A stretch of 64,000 bases of DNA from Prasinococcaceae sp. CCMP 1430 (taxonomy: Eukaryota > Plantae > Prasinodermophyta), in assembly GCA_013416795.1 (NCBI GenBank), contig RQSC01000016.1:139335-203334 (forward strand). The letters run 5' to 3'. Positions 47,405-59,471 of the stretch are shown piece by piece. Within the stretch, counting starts at the first letter, position 1, and the number at the start of each line of letters is the position of its first letter. The notes beneath the pieces are model-generated. The model was not told the origin of the DNA. It saw only the letters and a program-made list of their open reading frames with translations, and did no database searches. The position numbers and the translations under genes were made by a program.

Positions 47405-48802
47405 TCACTTGAGCGACAGCAGGAGCTCTGTGGGCCGCTCGACGAGCTCTTTCCAGCGCGCGGACATCCTCGCCATCGTCGCGCCGTCCACCGCGCGATG
47501 ATCCGCCGACCAGCTGATGGGCATTATCGAGTGGCGCTCCAGCTCGCCGGAAGCACCGTAGCGCGGCGTCGGCGCCACGCGCCCCAGCGCCACGATGGCA
47601 ACCTCGGGGAGGTTGAGCAGCGGCGAGGCGTACGTGCCGCCAATGGTGCCCACATTCGACACGGTGATGGTGCCGTCCTTGAGGTCGTTCTCCCCAAGTT
47701 TGTTGTCCTTGGCCAGCTGCTGCAGCCTCGCCAGCTCCCGTGCGACGCCTGCGACCGATTTCGCCTGCACCGCCTTAATGTTGGGGACCACCAGGCCGTT
47801 GGGCGTGGCCATGGCCACGCCGACGTTGTGATCAGCCCGCAGAGTCACCTCGCTGCAGTCGGCGTTGGCGGTCGCGTTGAGCCGGGGGTGCTCGGTGAGC
47901 GCAACGCTGAGCGCTTTGATCAGCAGTGGCAAGTAGGTGAGTTTGGCGCCCTCGAGCGCGCCTGCTCCGACGAGGGCACGGCGGACGTCGCGCAGCGCGT
48001 CCATGCGGAGCTCGTCGCAGAAGAGGAAGTGCGGCACCGCGTTGGCTGCGTCCATTGCCTTCACCATCGCGCGTCCATACCCGCGCACGGGCATGACGAC
48101 GTCGCTCGCCGCGGGCGGTGCGACTGCTGGCGCGGCGGTGGCAGGCGCCGCGCCACGCACGGCTGGCGCGAATCGCGCATCCGTGCCGTTGAGGAAGGCC
48201 AGGATGTCCTCTTTGACGACGCGACCACTCTTGCCGCTGCCCGCGACTGCGCCGAGGTTGATGCCGTGCTCCCGCGCGATGGCGCGCACGGCGGGTGTTG
48301 CCAGCGCACCCACGGCTCCTCCTGAGACCGTGGCAGTGCGTACGGGCGGGATGTCCTCCTCCACGGTGGACGTGGCCCCGGCCGCGGCTGCGGGCGCGGG
48401 CGCGGACGAGTCGGCGGGCGCCCCTACGCGCATGGCGTCGTCGGGGTCCTCCGCACTGCCCCCCAGGCGTATGTCCACCATGTTGGCGCCAACGGCGATC
48501 ACATCACCGACAGACCAGTGAAGCTTCTCGACGACGCCGTCATAACGGCTGGTGATGGAAATGGTGGCCTTGTCGGACTGCACCTCGCACAGCGGCTCGA
48601 ACTGCTCGATGGCGTCGCCCTCCTTGACGAACCATCGCACCAGCTCGCACTCGGCGATGCCCTCGCCGGTCTGTGGCAGCGGGAACTGCACGAGTGCGCC
48701 CGCGCCCGCCTGGGCGGGCGTGAGCGGCGCGGCCTCCGCGGCAAAGCTGCGCGAGGGCGCCCAGGAGGCAGCGGCGGCCCGCCTGCCGGTGGCCGCGGCG
48801 GC
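47405..48802 (-). CDS. DBT: Branched-chain alpha-ketoacid dehydrogenase E2 (dihydrolipoyl transacylase), 5'-partial
   Basis: Lipoyl domain QTGEGIAECE...EVQSDKA; E3-binding LATPAVR; catalytic WSADHRAVDGA. Confidence 0.92.
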   Translation of the reverse strand, partial: AAAATGRRAAAASWAPSRSFAAEAAPLTPAQAGAGALVQFPLPQTGEGIAECELVRWFVKEGDAIEQFEPLCEVQSDKATISITSRYDGVVEKLHWSVGDVIAVGANMVDIRLGGSAEDPDDAMRVGAPADSSAPAPAAAAGATSTVEEDIPPVRTATVSGGAVGALATPAVRAIAREHGINLGAVAGSGKSGRVVKEDILAFLNGTDARFAPAVRGAAPATAAPAVAPPAASDVVMPVRGYGRAMVKAMDAANAVPHFLFCDELRMDALRDVRRALVGAGALEGAKLTYLPLLIKALSVALTEHPRLNATANADCSEVTLRADHNVGVAMATPNGLVVPNIKAVQAKSVAGVARELARLQQLAKDNKLGENDLKDGTITVSNVGTIGGTYASPLLNLPEVAIVALGRVAPTPRYGASGELERHSIMPISWSADHRAVDGATMARMSARWKELVERPTELLLSLK

Positions 48803-49834
48803 NNNNNNNNNNNNNNNNNNNNNNNNNNNNNNNNNNNNNNNNNNNNNNNNNNNNNNNNNNNNNNNNNNNNNNNNNNNNNNNNNNNNNNNNNNNNNNNACC
48901 CGCCCGCCCACCCCGCCGTCTGCAGGCGTGCCGGGCCCGCCTGCGCGCGCTGCGCGCGCGCGCGCGCGCGCGTGCCCCTCCCGCCATCAAATCGAAAGGG
49001 GCTCAAAAAAGGCGCGCGCTCCCCCTCCCCCCCCCCTCCCCGATCGAACACTGCCCCCCCTCAAAAAATGAATGCATTTTCATACGAAGGAAGAAGCCTC
49101 GGGTCGAATTCGACTGTGAATTGTCAGTCTCGGAATCGACGCCGAATACGCACCCGTCGACTCGAATCGTCGCTGCCCGCATAAACCCTGACCCTAAACC
49201 AAACGCCCGCTTCGTTCCGTTTCCGTTCGTACGCGTTGCGTCGATCGATCCGCGTTTTCGGATGCGTTTTGACGTGGCGAAACACCACATCACATCACAT
49301 CACATCGGCAAGGTGGGGGTGAGGGGAAAAAAGAAAAAAACGCATCTTGAAGCAGCCAACCTCGCACCGCCGTTCGTGCGTGCGTTTTGATGGAGGGGGC
49401 GGCCCGGCGGCGCCGCCGGCGTTTTTCCCGGGCGAGCTCGACGAGCTCGACGAGCACGACGAGCACGACGAGCTGGACGAGCTCGACGGCGGCGGCGCGG
49501 CCGCCGTCGCGCGGGCGGGCAGGGGGGTGGGAGACGACTCGCGGAGGGCGCAGCCGCGTCCCTCCCCCCGCCGAGCTCGCTCCTCGCCACCCCACCCAAC
49601 CCGCCCCGGCGTGCCGATCGACGGCGCCGAGCGAGCGGGAATCGCCGAGCGCGCCGACAAAAGCGCGCGACAGGAAGCAGCGCGCGCGCGCCATCGGCAG
49701 CCGGAGCCTCCCCCCCGCGGGAGGGGTTTCCGCGCGCGCGCGCGCCTGGCGTCAGCCGCGCGAGGGCGGACGCGAGGTGAGGGGCGTCGCTCCTCGTCGC
49801 GACGGCAGCCGCCTCAGTCATCGGTGAGCTCCCG

Positions 49835-52800
49835 ATGGCAGGCGGCGGCGACCTTCCCCTTTCCGGCGGTGCGCCGGTGGGGGCGCGCCACGCGCGCTCG
49901 GGGAGCGACACGACCTTTGATCGCGCGCCGAGCGCGGCGGCGCTCGCAGAGGCCGACAGCAGAGGCGGCGAGGGCAGCTCCTCCGGTGGGATCGCCGCTG
50001 GTGACGAGAGCAGTGCGGGTGTCCTCAGGGCCGTGGCGCGCAGAGCTTCGGCGCGGATGGTGCGTACTGTCTGTCGGTGGTTGTTTGCGCCCGCGTGAGC
50101 CCTGTGCATGAGATCCCAGCTGCAAGCTGCAGAGCGGACCTGCACACGCATGCGTTCGTGCAAGCGCCTGTAGAGAGCAGCGCCCATTGCCCTCGGCTGC
50201 TACGACGCGCCTCCGCCGCAAGAATGCGCACCGCCCTCCATCGGCACTTGCGAAAGTATCTCAGCTGACGCCCAGTGCTACTCGTGCCCACGCGTGCGCG
50301 CGCGGCATGCACGCGCCGATCGGCACCGCGCTTTCTTGCGCATGTCGGCCGCGCACACGGCGATTGCTGCCTCGCTCGAACGCCTTTATTTGTGCTCACG
50401 CTACTCCTGCTGGGCGGTGCAGTCCGCACCGCCCGCTGCCGCGCGCGGACAGCTCGTGCAAGCGGCGAGCGTGTTGCCTGCGCTCGTACCTGAGTCACCC
50501 CCGCCGGAGCATCCGCGCCATGCCGACGAAGAAAAAGGCACGGAAGGGGTGGGCGCCAGTGCTGTCTCAGGCGGCGCCGCAGCTGATGCGGCGACCGCCG
50601 CCTCTCCCCCAGGCGGTGATGGTGCGCTCCCATTCGTCGATCCCAACGAGGAGGACGCCGAGGCTTCCGTGCAGCGTGCCGTGTCTGGCACCAGCAGCAG
50701 CCTCGAACTCATCGCCGGGAACGGCGAATGCAGCGCGGGGGGGAGTCTGCCGGCGAAGGAGAAGAAGGCGCGCGCCGGCCTGCTGGCGTGGCTGTTCTGC
50801 TGCGGGTGCGGGGCGGGCGCGGGGCTGTGCGGCCTCTTCCGAAAGCACGAGCCAAAGGCGCGCACGGTCATACTGAACGCCTCCGAGCAGCCGCCCGAGG
50901 CCGCGCGAGAGTACGCCTCCAATCGCGTGGTTTCGTCCAAGTACACGCTGATCTCGTTCATACCCCTCAACCTGTGGCAACAGTACCACCGCGTGTCTAA
51001 TGTGTACTTCACGTTGGTGGCGGCGCTCAGCTGGTGGAGGGAGGTGAGCCCGTTCGACCCAGGCGGCTCGACGGTGGCGATCATCTTCATCGTGGTCGTG
51101 GGGATGCTCAAGGACGCCGCGGACGACTACAAGCGCCACGTTGAGGACAACGCGTTGAACCAACTCAGTTTCACCACGCGGCTGAGGCGAGCACAGAGCG
51201 CGCCGGGTGGAGCACCCGTCGGTGCTGACGGTGGAATCGCTATGGCGTCGACGACCCCGTCGTCAGCCAGCGGCGGCGTGGGTGCAGAGGCGAATGGGGG
51301 CGCCGCTGGCGCCAGCGAGGAGATCGCCGGCGTGGTGCAGGAGCGCGTCGCCTGGCAGGACCTGAAGGTCGGCGACACTGTGCTCGTGCGCGACAACGAG
51401 CAGTTTCCCGCCGACATGGTGTGTCTGCACACTAGCCTCGAAGGCGACGTATGTTTCGTGAAGACCGCCAATCTCGATGGCGAGACCAACCTCAAGCTCC
51501 GCTCGGTGGCGCCTGGGGTCAGCACGGACAGCGTCGCGCACGCACTCATGCTAGAGGGCGAGGTGACTGCCGAAGCGCCTTCTCCCAACCTGACGTCGAT
51601 GGAGGGCACCATCCGCATCGAGGGCTCCGAGAAGGTCGCGCTCTCCATCAACGAGGTGCTCCTGCGCGGGACGACGCTCAAGAATACTGGCAGCGTGGTA
51701 GGCTGCGTCGTGTACACTGGGCACGAGTCGCGCATCGTCATGAACGCGTCGGCTCCGCCATACAAGCGCTCCACGTACGACGCCTTCATCAATTGGCAGA
51801 TCCTGTACATCTTCGTAGTGCAGATATGCCTGATCCTCGGCTCCGCGGGCGGCTCGCTGGCGTTCCGCCAGGAGAATCGGGAGAGCGCCTGGTACCTGGA
51901 CTTCGTGAACGACTCGGACGGCGACTTTCTCTTCTTTTTCAAGAAGTGCATCACGTTCTTCATCCTTTACAGCTACATGGTGCCGATCTCCTTGGTCGTG
52001 ACGATGGAAATCGTCAAGGCGCTGCAAAGTTCGGTCATGATCGATCGCGACCCTCTGATGTACGACGCCGAGACCGACGAGCGCGCGCGCGCGCGCACCA
52101 CCAGCCTGAACGAGGACCTCGGCGCCGTGCGGTACGTCTTCAGCGACAAGACGGGCACGCTCACTGCCAACGACATGAACCTGCGCCAGCTTTGCGTGGG
52201 TGGCAAGAACTACGGGCGAATGGGGTTCAAGCTCGAGGACTTTATTGGCGCCGGCGCCCCCGCAGATGGCGCAGACAGCGGCGAGCCAGAGGACGTGGTC
52301 TCGGCAGCCGAGAACGGCAACGGGAACGAGCGCTACGGCGCGGCAGGCGCGCCGAGGGCCCGTCGGCCGTCGGACATAGCGCGCACCGTCCCCAGGGGAC
52401 GAGAGGCTGCCGTCGCCGCCCGCCGCGCCTTCGATCCCGCGCTTGATGTGTCTTCGCCCGACGCGGCAGGAGCACTCACCTGCCTCGCGTTGTGCCAGAC
52501 GATTCTCGTTACGAGGGACGAGGACACAGGCGGCGTCTCGTATCAGGGCTCCTCACCGGACGAGGTCGCTCTCGTGTGCGCCGCCGCCCGGCTGGGCTTT
52601 GCCTACGTGGACCGTTCCGCTACCGCCCTCACCATGTGCGTGGATGGCGGCAAGAACGTCACGTACGAGACCGAGGTGGTCCTCGAGTTCTCAAGCGAAC
52701 GCCGGCGCATGGCGGTGCTCGTGAAGGAAAACGACACCGCGGACAGCCACGTGACGCTGTACATCAAGGGCGCGGACTCGGCAATCATGCCCCGGCTGCG

Positions 52801-54718
52801 AGCGCCGCGCAACATGCGCGAACGCGAAGTACTGGCGGAGACGGAGCGGCTGCTCGAGGAGTACTCCCTCGAGGGCCTGCGCACGCTCGTGCTCGCGCGG
52901 CGCGAGATCCCCCTTGCCGACTTCCGCGAATGGGAGGCGCGCTACGCAAGCGCGTCGCAACTTACGGAGGGGCGCCGCGAAGCGATGGAGGCACTGGCAG
53001 AGGAGGTCGAGCAGCACCTCGAACTCCTCGGTGCGACAGCCATCGAAGACAGGCTGCAAGATCGTGTCCCCGAAACGCTCGGCAAGCTGCGCGACGCGGG
53101 CGTGCACGTGTGGGTTATCACCGGTGACAAGCAGCAGACAGCGATCAACATCGCGCGCTCCGCTGGGCTCTTCACTGGCGACCCGCGCGACATCCTCAAG
53201 CTCAACGCGCGCTCGGATGAGGAGCTCGCGGAGGTGATGCGCGACGTCGAGATGTCCGTGTTCAAGTCATCGGAGGGCAGTGCAGCCTCCCAACCGAACG
53301 GGGCACGGGCGCGGCGGCGCGCCCTCACTGCGGGAGACTACCTGCTACCTTGGCGCTGGTTCCGCAGCAGGAAGGAAGCGCCTGGCGCGCAAACCCTCGA
53401 GCCCCCCTCCGCGCGCAACATGCGCGTGTTCGCCAGCCCCGACAGCATCTACAAGCACCAGGCGGAGATGGCAAGCGCCCAGCTGGTGGTCGATGGTGGC
53501 ACCCTCGACCTGATCCTCGATGACGTCACGCTGGAGGCGCGGCTCGCGTCGCTCGCGCAGCGCTGCACAGCCGTGGTCGTTTGCCGCGCGAGCCCGATAC
53601 AGAAGGCTCGCGTAGTCCGCATGATGAAGGGCAAGAGCAAGGCGGTGACGCTGTCCATCGGCGACGGGGCCAACGATGTGCCTATGATACAGGAGGCACA
53701 CATCGGCGTGGGAATATTTGGCAAGGAGGGCCGCCAGTCGGTCAACAACAGCGACTACGCCATCGGCCAGTTCCGCTTCCTGCAGGATCTGATGCTCGTC
53801 CACGGCCAGCAAGACAGACAGCGGCTTGCGCGCCTCATCAAGTACAGCTTCTTCAAGAATTTGGCGTTTGCATTCATGATGTTTTTCACGCAGATATACG
53901 TGGGCTGGTCGGGGCAGAGCCCCGCCAACGCCACGCCCGCCGCGCTGTTCAACGTCGTCTTTACGGCGCTGCCCATCGGCGTCCTCGCTGTGATGGACTT
54001 TGGATTGCGGCGCTCGACACTGCTGCGCTTCCCGCAGCTGTACCTCAGCCACCGTTCGCTCACGCGCGGCGTCTTCTGGAAGTCGCTATTGGAGGGCGTC
54101 GGCTTCGGCGCGGTGGCCTTCTTCGTCCCGTTTTGGCTGTTCAGCTTCGACGCGGGGCGCAACAATATCAATGACTTCGAGAGCTGCGGGAACCTCGCGT
54201 ACACGATCGTGCTCACCATTGTGACGCTCGACCTCTGCCTCGTCGTCAGGAGCTGGAGCGTCCTCTTCACTTTCACGATCTTCGCGTGCTACTTCGTCTG
54301 GTATCCCTTCTACAACGTCTACCCCTCGCTGTACACCGAAACCAAAGGCTTCACGGCCGAGGGCAGCGCCGCACACTCGTTCGCGGACGTGCGTTGGTGG
54401 CTCGCTGTGGCACTCTCGGCGATGTTCACCACCACATATCGCCTCTGTTGGCTCACGCAGCGTGTGCTCTTCCGGCCGCGCGACGAGGACATCGTCCGCG
54501 AGTGGGAGCTGCTGCAGAGCAAGATCAACTGGCAGAGAGAGCGAGAAGAGCGGGTGAAGGCGCGGGGCGGCGGAGGGAGCACGACGTCATCAGCGCGGTC
54601 CCCCGACTCGCCCCAGGAGAGCTGGGCGGGCGGCGCCAGAGAGGAGCAGGGTAATGGTGACCTCAGAATGGGTGGCTCCATCCAGATGGCACACGTGTCG
54701 TCGGATCGGGCGTATTAA
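49835..54718 (+). CDS. P4-ATPase phospholipid flippase (ALA family)
   Basis: LDGETNLK; PISL; FSDKTGTLT; SPDEVAL; TGDKQQTA; IGDGANDV. The probable first exon 49835-50059 joins in phase 0 to 50423-54718. Confidence 0.92.
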
Positions 54719-54821
54719 GCGAAGGCCGAGGAGGGCGAGTGGCGGTCGACGAAAGTGGTCGCCGCGAGCGTGACGATGCGCCCACCACGCAAGCCGCGGT
54801 ATGATCGTGTCCTTTACTTGA

Positions 54822-55858
54822 TTACTTATTAAGCCCTGCCATGATCTCAGCCGCGCGCTGTGTGAAGGCCTGCGCGACGCGCTCCGCGTCCGCAGCGAAG
54901 CCCGTCTCCTGCGCGGCCAGTCGCGCCGCAGCGAGCGCCTCCTTGCGCGCTGAGGCGAGCGCTGCCGACGCCGCGCGCTTGTTGCAGTCTGCAGGGGCGC
55001 GCCGCATTGCCTCGGCCACCGCGCGGCGGCAGAGCAGGTCGGCAGCGTGCAACGCACTCTCCGCGGTTGCGGCGCGGTCGGCCTCGCGACTCGCGAGCAG
55101 GGCCTCGTCTTCCGACGCGAGCAGCTCGGGCGCGGCGCCCCACGCGACGTGCATGATCCATGTGGCCGCCTGGTGGCGCTCCGCCAGGAGATATTGCGCC
55201 GACGGCGGGTCAGCGTGTGCGCACGGGGACGCACCAGCGCAGCTCGGCGCGCTCTCGCACGCGACCTCACCTCCTCTGCGAAGCCGTCGACATCTGCGCC
55301 CTCTGCAGCAGTGTCGAGGGACAGGACAGGCCCACCCTCGGTGCTCGCATCGGGCACCTCCATGACTGCCGCCATGCGCGCGATGGTCTCCTCACCCACG
55401 CGTGCGCCGCCCGCGCGCGACGCGTCGCGAGCCACGCACGCGCTTGTGCTCGCTTGCACGTGCACACACGCGAATGCGGCGCGGGCGCGGCGACACAGTC
55501 CGTAGAACTCGCGGCGCATCGAGCGGTAGAAGTGGTTGTCGTCAACCAGCACGACCCCGCCGCTGCCGCGCGTGCCGCCCTCGCCGCCCTCGCCGCGCCA
55601 CTCATCGAGCGCCCGCGCCACACGGGACGCAGCCAGTCTGCGCGACTCCTTCCACACGCGCGCACCCTCCTCACCACCCCACTCCGCACTACCGTCACGC
55701 ACGCTCCTCCTTGCCTCGTCGAGGTAGGCGTCGGCGGCGACGCTCACGCACCGCACGCCGTGCGCGCGGCCGAGGACGCCCGCCAGCGCGGCCGCGAGCG
55801 TCGACTTGCCCGAGCCGGGCAGGCCGACGAGCACCACCACCAACGAGGGGGCCCGCAT
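54822..55858 (-). CDS. PSTK: L-seryl-tRNA(Sec) kinase
   Basis: P-loop GLPGSGKST; LVDDNHFYRSMRREFYGLCR; C-terminal SALHAADLLCRRAV. Probable intron 55270-55179. Confidence 0.75.
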
Positions 55859-56153
55859 CGGAGTATCGGCTGGGCGCGAGGCAGGCCCTGCGCGCGCGCA
55901 GGGCGCGCATCGACCGTCGCAGCCGACGTGTGCGTGTGTGTGTGTGTGGTGAGGGGAGCTGGGCGGTGGTCGCTGTCAGGCGCGCACCGCCGGCCGCGCG
56001 CGGCGCCCTGCGGTTTGGGTTGAGGCTTCCCAGGGGGGTAAGGTGCATTGATGCCAGCGTGAGGATTGTAGATTTAGTGTAGGGTCTGTTATGTATATCA
56101 AAATGCATTGTGATTCACGCACACGTGGCGGCGGCGGCTGGGCTGGCCGCGCC

Positions 56154-59100
56154 ATGGCGGGCTCGGCGGGCTCGGACGGCCGGCTGACGGCCGCAGTTGG
56201 GGCCGACGCGGCGTCTGACCGCGCGACGGTCGGCACCGTCTCGTGCGACGTCGTCAAGGCCGATGCTTCGACCGCGTCCGCGTCGACGAGCGGCCCGCCC
56301 GAGCTCTACGGCAAGTTCACCTGGAAGATAGACAAGTTCTCGGAGATCTCCAAGCGGGAGTTGCGCTCCTCCATGTTCAAGGTGGGGGGCTTCCACTGGT
56401 ACATCCTGGTGTATCCCCACGGCTGCGACGTGAGCGACCACTTGAGCCTCTTCCTGTGCGTTGCGGACTACGACAAGCTGCTGCCTGGCTGGACGCACTT
56501 CGCGCAGTTCACAATCGCAGTGGTGAACCGAGACCCCAAGAAGTCCAAGTACTCGGACACGCTGCACCGCTTCAGCAAGAAGGAGCACGACTGGGGGTGG
56601 AAGAAGTTCATGTCTCTCGACAAGCTGGCGGACGGCTTCACGGTGAGCGACACGTTGGTGATAAAGGCACAGGTGCAGGTCATCAAGGAGGCCAGCGCGA
56701 GCCCCTTCAGATGTCTGGACGCGCAGTACCGACGCGAGCTGGTGCGCGTGTACCTGACCAACGTGGAGGGGATCTGCAGGCGGTTTGTGGAGGAGCGGCG
56801 CACGGAGCTGGCGCGGATGGCGCGCACAGCAGACGCAGGGTTCCGGTCGTACTGGGGCACCGCAGAGGGCGACCGACAGCGGCGCAGCACGGCCGAGTCG
56901 CGCGCCGGCGTGCTGAAGGCCATCGTCAAGCGCTTCTTCAACGAGAAGGAGGTGACGTCGACGCTGTTGATGGACGCGCTGTGTTCAGGCGTGAGCGCTC
57001 TGCTGCCACTGGAGGAGGCTGAGGTCGCGCGCGCTGCGCAGGAAGAGGCGCGCGCGGCGGCGCTCGAAGCGCTCGCAGCCGACGTCGAGGCGACGCCCAT
57101 GAGCGAGATGACCGACGCCTCGCGCGACGAGCGCCTGCGCGCTCTCGAGGGGGCAGCGCTGCCGCCGCTGGCTAATCTGGTCGGCACGACGGGGCCCGGC
57201 GGCGACTTCGTGCTTGCGGTCGATGTCCTGTCGGCGCTCGAGGTGGGCGTTTCGGCCTCGCTTCCGCCTGCGCCGGAGGACAAGGTGGACTCGCCAGAGC
57301 GCGACGACGCGCGCCTGGCCGAGCTCGGGAGGTGCACCGTCGAGATGTTTGTGCTAGGGCATCTCATGTCGCAGCGCGTGGAGGTGGCCTACCGCGAGGC
57401 CGAAGCGCTCAAGATGCAGCAGGAGCTGCTTCGCGAGGAGGAGGAGGAACGCGCGGGCGCCAACGCCGCCTCCGAGAAGCGCTCCAAAAAGCAGGAGAAG
57501 CGCAAGCGGAAAAAGGAGCAGGCGAAGAAGGAGCGCGCCGAGAAGGAAGCTGCCGAGGCGGAGGCAGCGGCTGCCGCGGAGGCGATCGCCGCCGAGGAGA
57601 AGCGGAAAGCCAAGGAGGCCGCCGCCGAGGCCGCCAGGCTCAAGGCGGAGGCCAAGGCGAAGAGCGAAGCGGAGGCCAAGGCCAAGAGCGAGGCAGAAGC
57701 CAAGATCAAGGCGAAGGCCGCCGCAGAGGCCAAGGCGAAGGCCAAGGCGGAGGCCAAGGCGGCCAAGGCGGAGGCCGCCGCCAAGGCGGAGGCCGCCGCC
57801 AAGGCGGAGGCGGCAGAGGCGGAGCTCAGGGCGGATGCGCAGCGACGGAAGGCCGGGGAGGCGGCCAGAGGTGCCGAGGCTGCGAAAGCGAACCTGCGAG
57901 AGAATGGCCTTTGCGCGGAGGGAGCGCCAGCTCCGGCGTCGGGGAGCTCTGAGTCGGGCACAGACAGTGGCTCGAGCTCCAGCGGCGAGAGCGACGCGAG
58001 CGCACGTGGTAGCAGCGGTGACGGCGGACGCGGGGCGCCAGAAAGGATGGATGCGGCGACGCGAGCGCAGTCGCAGGCGCTCGCACAGGCGCAGGCACGT
58101 GCGCCGTCCGAGCGCGGAAACGTGCACGACGGCGACGGCGGGGGATGGGAGCAGGTTGAGCGTGGGCGACGGGCCAAGGGGGACGGCGGCAGGGACGATG
58201 CCGCCGCCGCTGCCAAGCGCGCCGCCGCTGCTGGCGTGGGGTCGGCGGCGCCCATAGGAGGTGCTCCAGTCGTCACAGCGCGGGCGAACACTGCGGCGGC
58301 GGCCGCGGCGGCCGCCGCGGCCGCCGCACAGGGTCCGCTAGCAATGAGCTCAGCTGCGCCGGGTGCGCACAGCGCGCCCGCGCCCGCGGCGGGCGCGGCA
58401 GCAGGTAGCGCGGAGGTCCTCGCGCTGCGGCAGCGCGTGGTGGCGCTCGAGTCGGCGCTCCGCTCCAAGGAGGCGGAGGTGCGGTCGCTCCACGACGCGC
58501 TGCGGCGCGAGCGCGAGCGCGCCGACGCCATGGCATCTGCAGCAACGGTCATGAAGGGGGGTGACTCGAGCGTGAGCGCCAACGCCGCTCCGAGCACTCG
58601 TGCCCCGCAGGCTCAGCCATCCTCGCAGCCGCCCGCGCGGGGTGCCGGCATGGTTGGCGCGAGCAGCCCGCGCGTCCGCGTCGCGGAGAACCGTGCGTGG
58701 GGCAGCGCGGGCGCGGCCGCACAGGCGCAGCAGCAGCAGCAGGCGCAGCAGCAGCGGGCACAGGCAGGGGTGTCGGGCGCTCGGAGCGGCGCCTCGATGC
58801 CGCCAGGATTCGTTGGTGGAGGTGGTTCGCCCCTCAAGCAGCCGTCGGCGCAGTCCTCGCCGCAGCAGCCATCTCACCTGGTCCAGCCGACGTCGGCGGC
58901 AATGTCGCCGCAGCAGCAGCAGCGCGCGGTGGCGGCCGCCGCCGCAGCAGCGGCAGCAGTTGCGACCTCCGCACAGTTCGCCGCGCGCAGCGCAGCCCCG
59001 CCTGCAAGCGGAGCGAACGCGTCGGCTGCTTCGGCCGGACTCATGCCCACCACGCCCCCCGGGCGCTCGCTAGGCGGGCTCGGCATGCCAATGGGCACGC

Positions 59101-59234
59101 CCCAGCAACAGGCGGCGCGCGTCCCGCCGCCTGGCTTGCCGGCGATGTCGCTGCACCAGGCCGTGCCGGTGGGCACACCCATGACGGAGGACTTCAGGCA
59201 CCACCTGGACATGATTGATAGCCTTCTGGAGTGA
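56154..59234 (+). CDS. MATH/TRAF-domain protein (plant TRAF1a/MUSE13-14-like)
   Basis: LYGKFTWKIDKFSEISKRELRS...YPHGCDV.DHLSLFLCVA...KEHDWGWKKFM...CLDAQYRRELVRVY, followed by a coiled coil with AEAKAK repeats. Confidence 0.85.
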   Translation: MAGSAGSDGRLTAAVGADAASDRATVGTVSCDVVKADASTASASTSGPPELYGKFTWKIDKFSEISKRELRSSMFKVGGFHWYILVYPHGCDVSDHLSLFLCVADYDKLLPGWTHFAQFTIAVVNRDPKKSKYSDTLHRFSKKEHDWGWKKFMSLDKLADGFTVSDTLVIKAQVQVIKEASASPFRCLDAQYRRELVRVYLTNVEGICRRFVEERRTELARMARTADAGFRSYWGTAEGDRQRRSTAESRAGVLKAIVKRFFNEKEVTSTLLMDALCSGVSALLPLEEAEVARAAQEEARAAALEALAADVEATPMSEMTDASRDERLRALEGAALPPLANLVGTTGPGGDFVLAVDVLSALEVGVSASLPPAPEDKVDSPERDDARLAELGRCTVEMFVLGHLMSQRVEVAYREAEALKMQQELLREEEEERAGANAASEKRSKKQEKRKRKKEQAKKERAEKEAAEAEAAAAAEAIAAEEKRKAKEAAAEAARLKAEAKAKSEAEAKAKSEAEAKIKAKAAAEAKAKAKAEAKAAKAEAAAKAEAAAKAEAAEAELRADAQRRKAGEAARGAEAAKANLRENGLCAEGAPAPASGSSESGTDSGSSSSGESDASARGSSGDGGRGAPERMDAATRAQSQALAQAQARAPSERGNVHDGDGGGWEQVERGRRAKGDGGRDDAAAAAKRAAAAGVGSAAPIGGAPVVTARANTAAAAAAAAAAAAQGPLAMSSAAPGAHSAPAPAAGAAAGSAEVLALRQRVVALESALRSKEAEVRSLHDALRRERERADAMASAATVMKGGDSSVSANAAPSTRAPQAQPSSQPPARGAGMVGASSPRVRVAENRAWGSAGAAAQAQQQQQAQQQRAQAGVSGARSGASMPPGFVGGGGSPLKQPSAQSSPQQPSHLVQPTSAAMSPQQQQRAVAAAAAAAAAVATSAQFAARSAAPPASGANASAASAGLMPTTPPGRSLGGLGMPMGTPQQQAARVPPPGLPAMSLHQAVPVGTPMTEDFRHHLDMIDSLLE

Positions 59235-59471
59235 GCGGGTTCGCGCCGCAGGCAACTGGTGCAGCACGGCAGGCTCAGGGCGCAGCGCTCGCGCGCCCCA
59301 CGTAAGTTCTCGCAGCAGTCCGGCAAGCGAGCATTGCGCGCCCGCGCGGCGGCGAGCACGCGCGCAGCCGCGCGCCCCTCCATCCCTGGCAAGAGATGCG
59401 TGTACTATTACTGCGACCTGCGCCGCGCTTCTACTGGGGCCCGCAAGAGGGGTGGGGTGAAGGGATGCGAC

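Noticed and set aside
54822-55858. Selenoprotein or SECIS element near PSTK
   Set aside because: No in-frame TGA in a recognisable gene and no SECIS-like hairpin was identified.
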